The notes under the pieces: model-generated
Told to the model about the DNA's origin: nothing
What the model saw: the letters and a program-made list of their open reading frames with translations, nothing else
Databases searched by the model: none
Shown: in pieces, positions 60,208 to 64,000 of the stretch
Position numbering within the stretch: the first letter of the stretch is position 1
Layout: each line of letters opens with the position of its first letter
DNA from: Takakia lepidozioides
Taxonomy: Eukaryota > Plantae > Bryophyta
DNA length: 64,000 nucleotides
Assembly (NCBI GenBank): GCA_030704615.1
Contig: CM060732.1
Location: 34,844,001 to 34,908,000, forward strand
Direction of reading: 5' to 3'
Program-made: the position numbers and the translations under genes

Positions 60208-60715
60208 GAACATATCTGTATCTCTATGCAGAGGGGAAATACTGTTAGTATTGAAAATGTGCATTGTCTATCTTTGGATCCACTTATATCTCAGCTTATT
60301 GCAGCTCATCTCAAATTATTTATTTCAAAATCAGTCCCACTATGGACTGGACCCCTCACAAAGATGACGTCTGCCTGTTCTCTCTTGTTCTACACAAAAC
60401 TGGGTGAGGGGTGTATGGCCACAAGGCTACAACAAACAAGTGTCATGAGTACATTTTATCTCAGCTTAGCTGAACTCAAAATGGTACACAACCCAACCAT
60501 CATTCCATAAGGTCATCAGTCTCCTAAAAACTATGAACATCACACCAACTATCATATTCTCTCTACATGTACATCCATAGCTTCTAAAATCAAGTTTGCA
60601 CAGACTAGGTCAAATAACATAACGAGCAATTGACCATGAACATGACAATGTTAGTCCAAAATTTTCCTGATGAAGCTCCATGTGAAGAGATGCCAAACCT
60701 CAACCACACAAAAGA

Positions 60716-62280
60716 TCAGGGAAAGATGATGGATCCACAGCATTGGTAGTACCCATTTTGGTCATACACAAAGCGCTGTGACAAATGAGCCTCTGTAATT
60801 TGATAGTTCCCCCAGTCCCAAGATCCATATGTGGCCACTATTTCACTTGCGTCAAATGGCACTCGCCTGCCGGATCGGCCCCTTCTCCTGTACAATGGCA
60901 CATTTGTCACAGGTTTGTTTCCTATTACATGAGGCAAATAGCTGTTACAGAGGATCTGGAGAGGGTACAATAGAAAACTGAAAAATGCATGAGCTTTAAA
61001 TATACAAGTGACAGAACTGCATGTCATTCCTAAAACCTGGACATCCAACTGTCAATACAATGAGAGTGAAGAACATACATCTTGCGATGACTTGTGTTCA
61101 TCAGCGTCGCATGCAACTGCATCACAACCCATGAGTAAGGCACAGGACCAGTAGCACGAATATATCTCCCACTTCCACAACCAGAAAGTACTATAAGAGA
61201 GGGAGGAAAAGAAAGGATGTCTACCAGCCAGCAATTTATGGAGCATACAGCTCTACCCACATCTCGTTGAGGAGCCGAACTGTCCACCCACGGTGGTTGC
61301 TCACTGGATAGCTAGAATACTGGTTGGGTACAATGATGTAAGAGCTGAGGGCCTGTTGGGGAGAGAGAGAGAATGTACTCATAAGACGTTGGTTGCCATA
61401 GACCCTGTGCCCAGTTTGGGCGGGATGGGGGGAACAAAGAATGTACTGATAAGATGTGTGTGAAAAGAGAAAGAAAAGAAATTTATAATATCCACAGGTA
61501 GCCCATAACAAACATAACCAACAAAGGAACAAGGGCTCTGACCCTCACCTTCAAACTCTGTGTCTGGTCTTTCTCAAGCACAAGCCCTGCTTCCACAAAT
61601 GCATCAATCAATACCTCTGGTAACAGTGTTAAGGGACCATGGGTAAGAGTCTTAAGTATCCCCAACGTTGGACCTTGTCTTCTGCAAAGAGATGGATCAC
61701 GAGACATCATCATTCTTGCATCAAGATAAATACACATGGCAAAGTAATTGGCATCCAAACTCAGTGTGTCTAATGACTACATGTGCCTGTGAACAAATCG
61801 TAAGTGGGATACGGCAGGCAGCTACTAGGCGGGCTCCCTGGTCAGCTTCTTCCACATTTGCGTACAAAACATGAGCTTTTGTAGGATTACCTCGCAGACA
61901 GTCCTGGCCCCCAGTCATAACCACCAACACAAATGAGATGTTAAACGCTATCCATGATTTGACCACACTATCAGCTACAGCGACTGTACTGCCCAACAGG
62001 GATAACTGAAAGTGCAAAAAGTTGGGCACCATCGTATCATAAATCATTATCATGTAGGATGGACTAACACCTTGGGCATGTGCCAATGCAGCTCACTTAC
62101 CACACCTCTGAGATTGACTGCAATAGAGCGGCGTTCCAATGCTTCATGCACATGAGGCATGGCTCTCTGCACACTCAACCCAAATGTGGCAATGCCTTAC
62201 GTTTAGACTTGGCACAAAATGTTTTTCTCTATATTCAAGAGCTCTTCCCTCCTTGATGTGTGTCTGATGTGTATACATCT
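60716..62280 (-). pseudogene. Degraded spliced gene with a beta-class N4/N6 DNA-methyltransferase-like SAM-binding region
   Basis: At ~61290-61095, across two frameshifts and two small insertions: VRLL..VELYAP(x)NCWLVDILSGCGSG..CALLMGCDAVACDAD. Several AG/GT-bounded exon-like segments nearby. Catalytic DPPY/SPPY not found. Confidence 0.45.
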
Positions 62281-63237
62281 GGTGAGAAAGAAAGGAGAAA
62301 AATTTATTAAATCACAGGAGGGACATGGACTTGTTGGGCTTTGTTTGCCATGGCCTTCGGAGGAGAGAAAATGAAATGAAATGGTACTTTATAACGTCGA
62401 AAGAAAGGAAGGACAGAGAAAGGCATCTATCATGCCTGCAGGAGAGAATTCTTATGATGAGTTTCTCCACTGGTTGTTATTGTGCTTCAGGCATATTGCA
62501 GCTTGATTTCATCGCTACTATAAACTCTGCTGGTTCCTAACCTATGGCTTTGGACTAGCTTCTAGCTAGGTTTGGCTTGGAAATGATATGGACTAGCCTG
62601 TGGGCATCTCAGGCTTGTGACTAAATGTTCTGGGGCTTCATCTTTGGAAGTGGTTGGCTTTACCACTTCCATGATTAGACTGCACATTGAGTATTTCTCC
62701 AATTGCTAACAACGTCGGGGTTGAATATTCTTGGTTTAGGAAGGTCCTGATCATTTTTTGCTTTATAAGATTGGTCTCGGGTGTTTCTCTTTTTCCTCCG
62801 TAAAACCGAACAAAATAAACAACAGTAAAAGGGAGTGCTACAGAAACAAGAAGAAAGAAACTTAACAACTTCAACAGGAAGCGCAAACTGAAGGACCTAT
62901 GGCACCAACAGAGAGTTCCACAGGACACTTATATTCACTTTTGAGAAAAAAATTGAGCTTTTTAACACTCATAAATTAACAAGGCGTAAAGCGTGGTTCC
63001 AATCCAGAAGTTAATAGGGAAAGACCAAACCTCTGACAAACTGGTATATTCATAGGTCAAGAGAAAGTGCCTTGTGAAAACAAGCTGCTAAGAGAGACGT
63101 TGTACTCTAAATCGTTTTCTGTAAACATTTGCTACAACAGACTCTCGAGAGCTGCCCTCTAACACAGATGTAACAAATGTGATGTGCGAATTGTTGGATT
63201 ACAGTTACTACAACAATGAAGGGCAGTGAAACTAACA

Positions 63238-63500
63238 GAAAGAAAGAAAGAAACTTACATGTCCACAGGGGCCCAGGGCCATGGGGCAAAGTAGAAAAGG
63301 AGAAAAAGCAATTAGAAGTACATCAAACGACGTCCAGAGACAAAGTGCCTCATGCAGGTAAGCTCCAAGCTCCCATGTGCCAAAGCTGAAAGGTTTGCCA
63401 AAGACTGGGAGTCTCTAATAATATCTGCCTTGGACCTCGCAGTACGTAGGACAGATTGTACTCATAAGACGTTGTTTGCCGTAGCCTTGTGGCCATTGAC
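63238..63500 (-). repeat. Dispersed repeat resembling a LINE 3' end with (CTTT)n tail; related pieces at ~60416-60465 (+), ~61370-61500 (-) and ~62845-63120 (-)
   Basis: Shared GGCCACAAGGCTAC..CAAACAA..ATGAGTACA and CCTGTGGA..TAAGTTTCTTTC blocks. Confidence 0.55.
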
Positions 63501-63502
63501 CC

Positions 63503-64000
63503 CGCGAGATGGCCTATGGTTCCGCCTCTGGTCTTGTGGGATCAAGGGAAAGATGTGGAGAGTTGTCCACAACTTGTATGCTCACACCAAAAGCTGTGTC
63601 ACTGTTAACGGACAGAAGTCCAACTTCTTTGACATAGACCAAGGTGTAGCTCAAGGATGTACTCTCTCCCCTCTGCTCTTCAATGTTTTCATCAATCAAC
63701 TCCTCGAGGATGTGGAAAGTGAGGGATTTGGGTTAAGGGTGGGTGATACCACCATACCAGCCCTTATGATGACTTCGCAGGCATAGGGGAGACTCCAACC
63801 AATCTCCAGGAGTTGATTGATTGCGCGAAGAGATACTTTGATCTTTGGGGGCTAGAGGCTAATGTCAGCAAATGTGCAGTGGTAGCATTCAACGACAGAG
63901 GAGAGGGAGGAAGTGATCTTAAGTGGCAGTGGGGTAGCCAAGAGATCCCGGTCCTCCCTTCCTACACTTACCTGGGCGTTGAGTTCTCCTCCAATTGTAA
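63503..64000 (+). mobile_element. Non-LTR retrotransposon RT fragment (RTE/RTEX-like), runs off window end
   Basis: RDGLW..GIKGKMWR..QGVAQGCTLSPLLFNVFIN..ALM(--)DDF..NVSKC..YTYLGV; small frameshifting deletion in the FADD motif. Confidence 0.9.

Overview
Eukaryotic, intron-containing, transposon-dense DNA, most consistent with a non-seed land plant (PLS-type PPR fragments, iMet-primed chromovirus-like element, NSP-like kelch gene). Three host genes can be reconstructed: a 6-exon ATP-grasp-like enzyme with circularly permuted motif order (13809-16933 +), an 11-exon WD40 protein (33776-39066 +), and a convergent nitrile-specifier-like kelch gene (39128-40401 -, first exon not found). The rest is mostly nested mobile DNA. 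(1) Bases 1-9222 hold an inverted-repeat-bounded module with two 64-bp-phased palindrome arrays and two orphan ORFs, interrupted by a truncated Ty3/gypsy and followed by a Mutator-type terminal repeat. (2) A full-length Ty3/gypsy (17902-30229) has a dUTPase-like domain and a -1 frameshift signal; a CACTA element carrying PPR fragments (23601-28653) splits its integrase. (3) Two related Mutator-like elements (42466-52607 and 52618-57639) sit inverted, with overlapping 9-bp TSDs offset by 1 bp, inside an L1-type LINE. They encode a SWIM transposase resembling the domesticated At4g13970/At1g60560 family plus an unknown zinc-finger accessory gene, and are saturated with a CAGTCYG motif. (4) Near the right end are a degraded N4/N6 DNA-methyltransferase-like gene and an RTE/RTEX-like RT fragment. 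All family assignments come from motif recognition by eye; no searches were run.
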